Below, one piece after another: positions 18,318 through 27,258 of a stretch of 64,000 bases of DNA. A program made the position numbers and the translations under genes. The stretch comes from a virus (lineage: Duplodnaviria > Heunggongvirae > Uroviricota > Caudoviricetes). The notes below the pieces were generated by a model. The model was not told the DNA's origin and searched no databases. It worked only from the letters and a program-made list of their open reading frames with translations. Every line of letters begins with the position of its first letter. Position 1 is the stretch's first letter. Location of the stretch: the IMG/VR virus record IMGVR_UViG_3300027301_000002; one strand, written 5' to 3'.

Positions 18318-18683
18318 ATGAATTATAACGAATTGGTTGCATATTATCAAGTGAAATTATTAGGTGAAAAGGATTATCGTGGGTACAATCCTGATAATTT
18401 CGACCGTAAACATCAGAACATCACTACAACCAAGGACAAAAATCAATTTCGTCCTTACAACAAGGTATCACAGACACTAACGACATCTGCCGACCAAATG
18501 CTAAAGAATATAGATAAATCTGCTCCTGGCTCGATTATGAAAGTAACAGACCCAATAGCACAAGAAATAATGACATTCTATAACGTACGGCCTACCGAAA
18601 AAGAACCCGAAAAGAGATTGAACTCTGCTAATGGGTTAATGCTCATTCTCATAAATGGTGCATACTCATTGAAAAAAGAATAA
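18318..18683 (+). CDS. Hypothetical late protein
   Basis: TATAAATA box (18302-18309) then AAGGA and ATG 18318. Confidence 0.55.
   Translation: MNYNELVAYYQVKLLGEKDYRGYNPDNFDRKHQNITTTKDKNQFRPYNKVSQTLTTSADQMLKNIDKSAPGSIMKVTDPIAQEIMTFYNVRPTEKEPEKRLNSANGLMLILINGAYSLKKE
18322..18350 (-). promoter_or_regulatory. Sigma70-like promoter for primase, nested in the opposite-strand gene
   Basis: Minus strand TTGATA-17 nt-TATAAT. Confidence 0.6.
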
Positions 18684-18691
18684 ACTCAATT

Positions 18692-19456
18692 ATGTATTGC
18701 CCAGAACCTCAACCATATAAATTTAATCTAGCAGCTGGTGCCGACGCCGACAAAGGACCAATACCTGCTTTTTTGGATTTGTTAGGAAAATGGCCTACGT
18801 CAATTCCTCTCAAGACTATGTGGTCTGTAGAACTGACAGTGCCTCGAGTGATGAATACATATTTGTCTGAGCCTTTATCAAATCCATCAATATCATATGG
18901 CGTGAAGGGGGCCGACGCTGCAAAATCATGGGATGTAGATGATCAGCGTCAAGAGATTGTGACAGCAACTACAAAAGAAATAAATGGGTGGTATTTGGGA
19001 AATATGTTGGCTACGGGTGTTGATTTTATATCTGACGGGATTACAACTAAAAGGGCTGCTGTAGAAAAATCTGCTGGTTACTTGGGTGGTATCCTTACTG
19101 AGGGTCGTAATGAATTAGATGCGTTGCGTATATCTTTTCTCGAGACTAATATATCATATGTGGATACTGCAATTCGCCCATGGATGATCAATGTTGCTGC
19201 CGATAGTTTGGTTGCTTATAATCGCCGCGACAATTTGAAATTGCGGAGCGATATTATATGCAGCTTATATGCACTAACTGGCCCGGGTAAAGCACCTATC
19301 AAAAGAAAGACGTATTATTTTTATAATGCTTTTCCTTCAAGTATAGCCGGCGAAAAATATGCATCTGTGGGGGATTCGTCTATAATATCAACCACTGTTA
19401 ATTTTTCCTATTCTCATTATTCGATTATATCTGGGAAAACATTTAGTGGATCTTGA
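18692..19456 (+). CDS. Tube-fold baseplate protein (gp54-like tail tube initiator)
   Basis: ISFLETN, RPWM and RKTYYFYNAFPSSI...VNFSYSHY, a gp19/gp54-family C-terminal pattern. Confidence 0.6.
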   Translation: MYCPEPQPYKFNLAAGADADKGPIPAFLDLLGKWPTSIPLKTMWSVELTVPRVMNTYLSEPLSNPSISYGVKGADAAKSWDVDDQRQEIVTATTKEINGWYLGNMLATGVDFISDGITTKRAAVEKSAGYLGGILTEGRNELDALRISFLETNISYVDTAIRPWMINVAADSLVAYNRRDNLKLRSDIICSLYALTGPGKAPIKRKTYYFYNAFPSSIAGEKYASVGDSSIISTTVNFSYSHYSIISGKTFSGS

Positions 19457-19482
19457 AACCCGTTCATAGTAATTAACTTTTA

Positions 19483-20388
19483 ATGATATTGCGGTCGTTT
19501 AATAAGATTTGGATACCAAGTGCTGAGAAAGAATTATTCTTCGCTGAGATAACGCACGACCAAGAAAAAATTCTTGCAAAGGCTGCGAAGCAGACAACGC
19601 TAAATTCTTCGTCATTTTGTTTTGCTATTGACAAAATCATGCAAGAAAATTGCATGGAATCTTATAATGATTTTAATATCATTGATCGATTATATTATGC
19701 CATATACACCCGAGGGTATTGCTTCGATAAAGAGTTAAAGTATTCCGTTGAATGTGATTGTGGTGATACTATGTCTTTTAATTTGGAGATTGATGAGGTA
19801 CTCAGCAAAATTAAATATGCAGACACACATCTTAGTATTGATTTTGGTAATGTATTGCGATATACTATCGGTTGGCCCCGGATTGTAAATGATCTTGAGT
19901 ATAGAAGACTGTCAGACAAAAAAGGAACGCTAGATCACAATTTATGGAGATCGTCGTTCATAAAAGAGATGTCTATTGAAGGTAATAATGTCCCTTCACA
20001 TTTTCTTACCGTTGAAAATAATTTCAAGTTGTTAACTGAGTTGGGTGTGTCTGTAACGTCTAATTTTTATAAGACTATTGATGCTTTTATTGAGAAGGAA
20101 ACCTATAAAGAAATCGCGTATTCTTATCGATGTTTCAATTGTGGATCGTTGCTGTATCATCTCGATACATCTCTAGACTCATTGTTTAATTTTGTGATAT
20201 CTATATACAATGCAAATCTCCAAGATTTATATACAAAGGAAATGAATTTCATGACTCTTTTCCCTGGGCAACCAATCAATCAATTAATTCCAATTGAAAG
20301 AGACCATCTCATTTCTCTGAAAATCAATTCGACACAACAACAACGTGAGACATCGGATTATGAAGATCAATTTCTTGATATAATGTAA
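19483..20388 (+). CDS. Baseplate hub assembly protein (gp26-like)
   Basis: WIPS...ITHDQEKIL...IMQENC...IIDRLYYAIYTR...ECDCG. Confidence 0.6.
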   Translation: MILRSFNKIWIPSAEKELFFAEITHDQEKILAKAAKQTTLNSSSFCFAIDKIMQENCMESYNDFNIIDRLYYAIYTRGYCFDKELKYSVECDCGDTMSFNLEIDEVLSKIKYADTHLSIDFGNVLRYTIGWPRIVNDLEYRRLSDKKGTLDHNLWRSSFIKEMSIEGNNVPSHFLTVENNFKLLTELGVSVTSNFYKTIDAFIEKETYKEIAYSYRCFNCGSLLYHLDTSLDSLFNFVISIYNANLQDLYTKEMNFMTLFPGQPINQLIPIERDHLISLKINSTQQQRETSDYEDQFLDIM

Positions 20389-20389
20389 T

Positions 20390-21241
20390 TTGGACATAAT
20401 TAAATGCATGCCAGAATCAATAAAAATCCTCGACTTTAATGACGCGTTAAATCTTATTAAGAAAAATACAATGTCTGCGGCAACTGCTGTATGGATTCCA
20501 TCTCTATCTCGTTCGTTTAAATTCAGACAACTCACAACACAGCAGCACAAAGAACTTTTAAAATGTGCCATTAATGCGTCTGTTTTGAAGTCCGAGATGA
20601 ATATTGTTCTGTATAATATTTTGAAAGACTGCCTAGTTGACGATGCTAATGTGGATCAATTTACTATTTTGGATAAAATAGCCATATGCTATCAATTGCG
20701 TCGATTTAATTCTGGTAATTTTGTCAAATGCGAATTTAATGTTGATGGTGTCAAGCATTATAATAATTTTGATATTGATATTGCTATTGACAATTTTGAA
20801 CAAAACTACTCATCAGTTGTATTAGATTCCGTTATCAATTCAAGCAATCTTCAAGTACGAGTTAGCATCCCGACTCTAAAAACACAAAAGGAAATTGATG
20901 AATATGTGGTTAATAATCATATAGCAGATCTTCATACTATATCAGATGAGGAGCCAAATTCTTTAAATAATTTCTTGGCTGAGATTATTATCTACAACAT
21001 TATCCAATTCATTGATGAAATTGATATTAATGGCAGTACTATTGCCTTTAATAAACTAACAGTAGATGAACGCATTCAATTAGTCAATCAGCTTGATAAG
21101 TCTACATTTGATAAAATTTCTAAATTCGTATCAGAATTTAATCAATTAAAGGAAACACTCATCAATAATAAATTTGAATACAACGGCACCACTATTAATT
21201 TTCCATTAGATCTTAACTCGAATTTCTTTGTGACCGAATAA
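20390..21241 (+). CDS. Second gp26-like baseplate hub assembly protein
   Basis: VWIPS...LTTQQHKELL...ILKDC...TILDKIAICYQLR parallels the upstream gene. Confidence 0.55.
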   Translation: MDIIKCMPESIKILDFNDALNLIKKNTMSAATAVWIPSLSRSFKFRQLTTQQHKELLKCAINASVLKSEMNIVLYNILKDCLVDDANVDQFTILDKIAICYQLRRFNSGNFVKCEFNVDGVKHYNNFDIDIAIDNFEQNYSSVVLDSVINSSNLQVRVSIPTLKTQKEIDEYVVNNHIADLHTISDEEPNSLNNFLAEIIIYNIIQFIDEIDINGSTIAFNKLTVDERIQLVNQLDKSTFDKISKFVSEFNQLKETLINNKFEYNGTTINFPLDLNSNFFVTE

Positions 21242-21268
21242 TAAGACACGTCGGCTGTAAATAATAAT

Positions 21269-23302
21269 ATGGCCGATGAATCCACACGCATTAATCTATC
21301 TGACGTACGTATCAATATGTCAGATCTGCAAGATTTGATCGGAAGGCGTGAGACTGAAGAAATTTCGTATGCGCTAGCACGTGCAATTAAAGAAAAGGTA
21401 TCAGCATCGATAACTAAATCTGATTTATTAATTGATCTAGGAGATAGGGTCAATAAAATTTTAGATTCTACAATGGATGATTCATTGGCAAATGCAATTC
21501 GCCCATCGATAATAGAATCTCTGAAGCTTAATTTATCTGACAATATCAAGAATACTAATTTCATTGATACTTCAAAGTCAGTCAATATATTCGACGAATT
21601 AAAAATACCTCTAGCTGAACAATATAGTACATTCGCTGCAGAATTATTTCAGCGCGCCTCATCTCAAACGTCAAATATAGATTTCAAAGCGTTAATTGAG
21701 GCTGGGTTTAATAATTCATTATTTGCACCTCAAAGTATTCCTCAGATAAATATCGAGAGCATTAAAGCTGATTTATCAAAATTGGCTTCAAACAATGCTC
21801 AGCCCTCGGCGCCTACTGTGAATTATGCATCTAATGATATGCTAAATGCATTGAAGGTGCAGAATACAACACAACAACAAAATGCAATATTTGATGCAGA
21901 GGTGACTGCTACTCCTGTTGTTCTTCAAGATGTCGGAGATAATGCTGTTAGTAAATTGAAGGGATTGTTCGCAGCTTCTGATCAAATTAGTGCAGGCAAA
22001 CGGAATGAAGTATCTTCTGAAGAAATGGGAGGCGGGGGTCTATTAGGTGGCTTGGTAGATTCAGTTTCTGAATTATTTGGAGGGGGCGGATCTGCCAGAT
22101 CTAGAAAACCATCTGGCGGGGGATCTCGTTCGGGTTCCGGCGGCGCGACCGGTTCTGGTTCCAGACCAAGAGGTTCGCGTGCAGCAAGAGCACCCAAACC
22201 CTCAAGAGGGGTTGTTTCGAGAGGAGCAGGTGCTGTTAGACGTGCTGCCACGAGAAGCGCTAAGACCGTTGCCAAAATAGGAGGCAAAGCGTTGCGAGCT
22301 GCCGGGGGTATTGCAAAGGGTGCTGGCGCAATGGCTTCATCAGCAGGTAAAATGCTAGGCCCTCTCGCACTTGCCGTAACTGCGGGGCAGGCTGTCGGGA
22401 CTGTTCAAGACTTATTATCTGATGAAGGCAAGGAGCGTCTATTAATGGAATCTGAGCAAATGAGAAAGCGAAGTGGTGTTGGTGGATTCCTAGAAAATAC
22501 TTTGGATTTAGTTTCGAACCCATCTGATTATCTTGCAAAGACTGGCATGGTTGCTGGTGGTGATATCGCCAAAAAAATCTACGGATCTGATCAGATAGAT
22601 GCTAATTTAGTGGCAAGCAATAAGCAAAATACAGATTTAGCTCAAAGTGCACGTGCGTCTATTGAGAAAAGAAATGAGTTATTGGGTGCAACTAATGAAG
22701 GTAAAGAATTGCTACAAAATTTGAATATCGGAGCTTCGTTAATTAAAAGCAATGCTGCTGCTGTTAAAACAGATGCAGGTGAAATTCAGCGAATAAATCC
22801 TGGCATGGCTGCTGTTATTCTTGACAAGTATCAGGGAGACACACAAAAAACAATCGACGAGATGAGACGAATCAATTCGTTGCCTGGTGCTGATGCTGTT
22901 AAAGAAATTGAATTATTAAAGCAACAATTTAATAAACTACAACAAAGTTCTTCTGAAAGAACAACACCAGTGCAAAGCACCCCAATAGTAAATCCGTCAC
23001 CAATGCTCGCACCCCCACAGGACTATAGCACTCCGGCTGTTACTCGGAATACCGAAAGCATAACGCCTCTGGTTGCATCGAGCAGTGATATCAAGAACAT
23101 GACATCAGTCATTTCGTCAAAATTAGACACACTAAACAATATGATCCCACAACTTGCACCACCAGATAGCGGCAGTGATACATCTGTTGTTGTTAGTACC
23201 GGTGGTGAATCTGGTGGTGGATTTGGGGGATCTAGAGATCCAGCATATGAATTTAGAATTTCATCATGGAATCGTATTCGAGGCAATTCAATCGTACATT
23301 AA
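21269..23302 (+). CDS. Tape-measure / hub protein candidate (gp29-like position)
   Basis: 677 aa, helical with G/S/R/A-rich low-complexity tract; sits in the baseplate module before gp48-like. Confidence 0.5.
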   Translation: MADESTRINLSDVRINMSDLQDLIGRRETEEISYALARAIKEKVSASITKSDLLIDLGDRVNKILDSTMDDSLANAIRPSIIESLKLNLSDNIKNTNFIDTSKSVNIFDELKIPLAEQYSTFAAELFQRASSQTSNIDFKALIEAGFNNSLFAPQSIPQINIESIKADLSKLASNNAQPSAPTVNYASNDMLNALKVQNTTQQQNAIFDAEVTATPVVLQDVGDNAVSKLKGLFAASDQISAGKRNEVSSEEMGGGGLLGGLVDSVSELFGGGGSARSRKPSGGGSRSGSGGATGSGSRPRGSRAARAPKPSRGVVSRGAGAVRRAATRSAKTVAKIGGKALRAAGGIAKGAGAMASSAGKMLGPLALAVTAGQAVGTVQDLLSDEGKERLLMESEQMRKRSGVGGFLENTLDLVSNPSDYLAKTGMVAGGDIAKKIYGSDQIDANLVASNKQNTDLAQSARASIEKRNELLGATNEGKELLQNLNIGASLIKSNAAAVKTDAGEIQRINPGMAAVILDKYQGDTQKTIDEMRRINSLPGADAVKEIELLKQQFNKLQQSSSERTTPVQSTPIVNPSPMLAPPQDYSTPAVTRNTESITPLVASSSDIKNMTSVISSKLDTLNNMIPQLAPPDSGSDTSVVVSTGGESGGGFGGSRDPAYEFRISSWNRIRGNSIVH

Positions 23303-23305
23303 TAT

Positions 23306-24379
23306 ATGCAAAATAAATCATTACACAATAGAATTCTAAGCCAATTAAGAACTCCATCTGATTCTGTTTATCAATATATGGGCGAATTGGGTGAAATTGA
23401 TGTAGTCAAAGACTTTCATTGGGCTGTATTTGATGGTTCAAAAGAAATCCCGCGCAATAGGGTGCCAAGTATACGACTAACTGAATATCAGCCAACTGGA
23501 AGTCAAACTATAGCAGGCATTGAAAAACTAATTGCAAATGCATTTGGCTCATTTAGGTCTATTGGTGAGTCACTTGATTACTATAAATCTTTATACAACG
23601 CAAAGCCAACAGGTAATACATATATCCTACCATATTTTACATCTTCATTGCGAACTAAATCTAACAATTGGCAAGTTAATAATTTGAATAATAAGGCAAA
23701 ACAACTATCTGATTTTTTTACTTCAAGTAAAGGCCAGGGGGCTGATGTTAATAAGAAGCAAACCAATAAAATCAAGCAAATCGGCGCGGCTTCAAAAGTA
23801 GTTGGTGTCGCTGCTGGTATTTTTACTGGCAGTCAATTGGGAGTAGAGTATCCAAAACAATGGGACGGTTCCCATGGTGTTGCGGAGTACTCATTTAGTA
23901 TTATACTTCATAATACAATGAGCCTGCAGAGTACTCAACAAAATTGGGCACTTGTTACTTTACTAACTTATAATAATTCTTATAATCGACGAAATCTCGC
24001 CCTTCAAGATGCTCCCGTTCTTTATAAAGTTGAAATACCTGGTGTTAGATACTCCCCCGCATCTTTCATGAAAAAAATCGACATTAGAATGCTAGGGCAA
24101 ATGCGTAAATATTCGCCTCAAGAGCTTTTGGGGTCATCTGGTGGGCAAATAATAATGCCAGAAGCTTATCAAATAGATATCACGATGCAAGATCTATTTG
24201 CCGAGTCAAGACAATTATTGTCTTGGATTACAGAGGCAGATAAAAGAGTTGAGGTTTTTTCAAAAAACACCCGCGAAATCGTTAATGAAAATCTTCAAAA
24301 TGGTGCTAGAGCAAACGACGGCAGTGCTGGTGCTCGTGGCGTCCCAAATCAATATATCAGAGACTATGGTGGTTTTTAA
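23306..24379 (+). CDS. Baseplate tail-tube cap (gp48-like)
   Basis: IRLTEYQ, YSFSIILHNT, PVLYKVEIPG and PEAYQIDITMQDL. Confidence 0.55.
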   Translation: MQNKSLHNRILSQLRTPSDSVYQYMGELGEIDVVKDFHWAVFDGSKEIPRNRVPSIRLTEYQPTGSQTIAGIEKLIANAFGSFRSIGESLDYYKSLYNAKPTGNTYILPYFTSSLRTKSNNWQVNNLNNKAKQLSDFFTSSKGQGADVNKKQTNKIKQIGAASKVVGVAAGIFTGSQLGVEYPKQWDGSHGVAEYSFSIILHNTMSLQSTQQNWALVTLLTYNNSYNRRNLALQDAPVLYKVEIPGVRYSPASFMKKIDIRMLGQMRKYSPQELLGSSGGQIIMPEAYQIDITMQDLFAESRQLLSWITEADKRVEVFSKNTREIVNENLQNGARANDGSAGARGVPNQYIRDYGGF

Positions 24380-24393
24380 AATATATTTGTACA

Positions 24394-24744
24394 ATGAAAA
24401 AATTAACCAAAACAAATATTGATATATACAAAATGTCTTCCTTGTTCAACAAGTATGAAGATAATGATGGTTTTGTGTTTTTTAATATTCTTAAAAGAAT
24501 CAATCTCAATGCTGATAATCTAAATGACTTTGAAATATTTGAGCCATATGTAATAAAGCCAGGAGATTCGTATACAAATATTGCATATAAATATTATGGC
24601 AATCTTAATGTGTGGTGGGTTATATGCACATTAAATAAAATTGACAATCCCTTTATTAAACCTGCAATAGGCGCTCGCATATATTTGTTGCGGCTCAATT
24701 ATATGTCTCAGCTATTAGATCAATTATCATTTGCCAATGGATAA
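24394..24744 (+). CDS. LysM-domain baseplate wedge protein (gp53-like)
   Basis: YVIKPGDSYTNIAYKYYGNLNVWWVICTLNKIDNPF. Confidence 0.7.
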   Translation: MKKLTKTNIDIYKMSSLFNKYEDNDGFVFFNILKRINLNADNLNDFEIFEPYVIKPGDSYTNIAYKYYGNLNVWWVICTLNKIDNPFIKPAIGARIYLLRLNYMSQLLDQLSFANG

Positions 24745-26278
24745 TAAATATTATAACAAAGGGGGCAAGGAGTATACCTTCAGGGTCATTTTATTGAATA
24801 AAAATGATTCAGAAACTATTGTCCATGAATTTAATCCTAATTTAATCGAAGAGCTTGTCATTGAGGATAATTTCTTTCAATGGTATTCTAACGGATATCT
24901 CGTGTATGCTAACCACGATGAAGTATTTGAAAGAGGCTCTGCCCCCGCCGATGGAAGAGGCAATCCTATTGATCCTGTATTCTTTTACAAATATCGTTTT
25001 GATTGCTACGACCAGCTTGTTGTTTCCATCAAGCCTAAAGATACTTCTGATGACTTTCTAATCGAGCATAAGTTTGTTGTGTATGATGTTGAAGACATTG
25101 CGTCTAATAACAATCAGCTCAAAGTTAAAAAATTGTATTTCTGGGATCTCGAATATCAAATGATGCTTGATAAAAATTTAGCGTGGTCAAGTGGAATGCA
25201 TTCTAAATTTACTGGAATGACTAAAGAGCAAAAGTTCAAATTGACCAATTATGAAAGATCTTTAAGAGCAGATGAAAATCTTGAATTGTTTTTAGAAGAT
25301 CCAAATATATGTAACTTCGCAGGTCGTATTGATCGTGATCTGTGGAGACAGACCAGTAAAGAACATCTATTCTTTTACACTTCTCCTAGTCAAAACTTTT
25401 TAGCAGATGATTTGGAGTATCTGATCAGTAATTCTGTAGGCGATGAAGATACAGATTTTTCTCCAATGATTTTTCGCAAAGAAGGTGTCTTGGGGTCTAA
25501 GCAAAATGGCAAATTTAGTTTCCTACCTTTGTCTGAATATTACGAAAAAGCACAAACCGATTTCTTCATGGAGAACTTTTTCCTGCAATACAAAGGACAC
25601 CAGGATAAACAAATGCTCACACTGAAGTCTCCTGATTATTTTAATACCAAGTCATATACCGAAAGTGTGATCTTTAATTATCAATATTCACAATCTAGTG
25701 GTATTGATAACTCTCGTGCATATCTAATCAAGCCACAGCTGTATTACAGTCATGGGTCTGGTCAATTCAATTGGGATATTACGTGGAACACACCATCGGT
25801 TGCTAAAAAATATGTTGCTAGTAAAATGACTAAGCATCTGAAGCAATTGGGTGACACCGAAACCAATACATTAGTGTTGCTTAACAAATATAAGAAGTCA
25901 AAATCATATACAGTAGAGCCTGAGTATAATATGAACCCTACCCGAAATGGCCGGCTTATTTCGGGTAGGAATAAGCTAGTAGAGTCGATGATTCAATTGA
26001 ACGATAGTATTACGTTTACTGCAAGAGGTCTGACTTCGAGAGGATCTGGGCGATTTATTGGTATTGATTTAATGGCTGGATTTCCTAATATAGACTTTGA
26101 TAATCGTTTGCTTGGACAATGGTTTGTGGTTAAAATTAGCCATATCTTTTTCAAGACTGGTTATATGAATGAGCTGACATGTGTCAAGACACACTCATAT
26201 CAGAATTTAAAACCACTTGCACAAGATTTTGATCCTGATGAATTAAATACAGAGGGTTGGCCAGAGCCTACGCCATAA
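24731..26278 (+). CDS. Baseplate hub protein (gp27/VgrG-like)
   Basis: C-terminal ITFTARG...GRFIGID...LGQWFVVKISHIF...YMNELTCVK. Confidence 0.55.
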   Translation: MPMDNKYYNKGGKEYTFRVILLNKNDSETIVHEFNPNLIEELVIEDNFFQWYSNGYLVYANHDEVFERGSAPADGRGNPIDPVFFYKYRFDCYDQLVVSIKPKDTSDDFLIEHKFVVYDVEDIASNNNQLKVKKLYFWDLEYQMMLDKNLAWSSGMHSKFTGMTKEQKFKLTNYERSLRADENLELFLEDPNICNFAGRIDRDLWRQTSKEHLFFYTSPSQNFLADDLEYLISNSVGDEDTDFSPMIFRKEGVLGSKQNGKFSFLPLSEYYEKAQTDFFMENFFLQYKGHQDKQMLTLKSPDYFNTKSYTESVIFNYQYSQSSGIDNSRAYLIKPQLYYSHGSGQFNWDITWNTPSVAKKYVASKMTKHLKQLGDTETNTLVLLNKYKKSKSYTVEPEYNMNPTRNGRLISGRNKLVESMIQLNDSITFTARGLTSRGSGRFIGIDLMAGFPNIDFDNRLLGQWFVVKISHIFFKTGYMNELTCVKTHSYQNLKPLAQDFDPDELNTEGWPEPTP

Positions 26279-26286
26279 TTAAATGT

Positions 26287-27258
26287 ATGGCATTTACGGT
26301 TGCATCCACATATGATGGCGAATATCTACAAGACGAAGAATTTTACGTCTATGTAAGCTCTGATCCTAATATCACACGTCAAGAAGCTCGAGTCATTGAT
26401 GAGATACGATGGTTCCTACAGACACAAAATAGTATTGATCTAATTGCATGCTATGACAAAAAGCTGCATACGGAAGAGGGCAATCCAGATGCAAACGAAA
26501 GATACTGCGAAAATGTGAGAGCCAATACAAGACCTTGCAAACTTATCTACCCAAAAATGTCGGCAGCACAGCTGCGTTACTTTGTACGCAAAATTGAGAA
26601 CATTCATCCGGAGATAGCAAGCTTGGTGTCTGTCAATGAAATGCATCAACCTATTTCCCCCTCTGTGGCAACCATTGCAATGTTCTCATCAGATGCGTCT
26701 TCTACTGAGTTACAAAATCAATCCAAGACTCATACTTTTACTACTCGGGAGCAATTCAATGGATTAGTATACGGCACAGATCCAACTATACCGGCAGTTA
26801 TGCCCTTGAATGTAATCCAGCAACAATTACCACAGGTTAATGAGTGGGTCGATAAATTAAATGCTTCTGTTAATGCTTTGTTCATCGAGACTCTGCCAGA
26901 AAAAACATACGGCAAGGTTAAATCTTCTTATAATCCCGGTGACGCACATGGGTTGGTGTTGAACAACGATGCACTAAAAGCAACTCGAGTGTCTGCTGCT
27001 ATAAGCAGTATTCTTAGTAATACTAAAAAACGATATAAAAATCGATTTAAGATGATGGATCATTTGACACCATTGGTATCTCGTATGGATCAAAGTAAAG
27101 TGACTCTTCTTTATAAATTCGATATTGAAGGAATTTTAACTGAAGTCGATCCTAATGGATCCAAAAAAGGAAGTAATTTGGTTAGCAATAAAATATTATA
27201 CGCATATTTGGAGCGATTTAATGATGACAACGTAAGTGGTAAATATATTCAATCATAA
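26287..27258 (+). CDS. Hypothetical baseplate-region protein
   Basis: Long tiled ORF between hub and spike genes; start could also be 26257. Confidence 0.5.
   Translation: MAFTVASTYDGEYLQDEEFYVYVSSDPNITRQEARVIDEIRWFLQTQNSIDLIACYDKKLHTEEGNPDANERYCENVRANTRPCKLIYPKMSAAQLRYFVRKIENIHPEIASLVSVNEMHQPISPSVATIAMFSSDASSTELQNQSKTHTFTTREQFNGLVYGTDPTIPAVMPLNVIQQQLPQVNEWVDKLNASVNALFIETLPEKTYGKVKSSYNPGDAHGLVLNNDALKATRVSAAISSILSNTKKRYKNRFKMMDHLTPLVSRMDQSKVTLLYKFDIEGILTEVDPNGSKKGSNLVSNKILYAYLERFNDDNVSGKYIQS

Noticed and set aside
21982-22538. GC-rich patch with several alternative-frame ORFs as a foreign insert
   Set aside because: Explained by the Gly/Ser/Arg/Ala-rich low-complexity segment of the 21269-23302 protein; the other frames are shadows.
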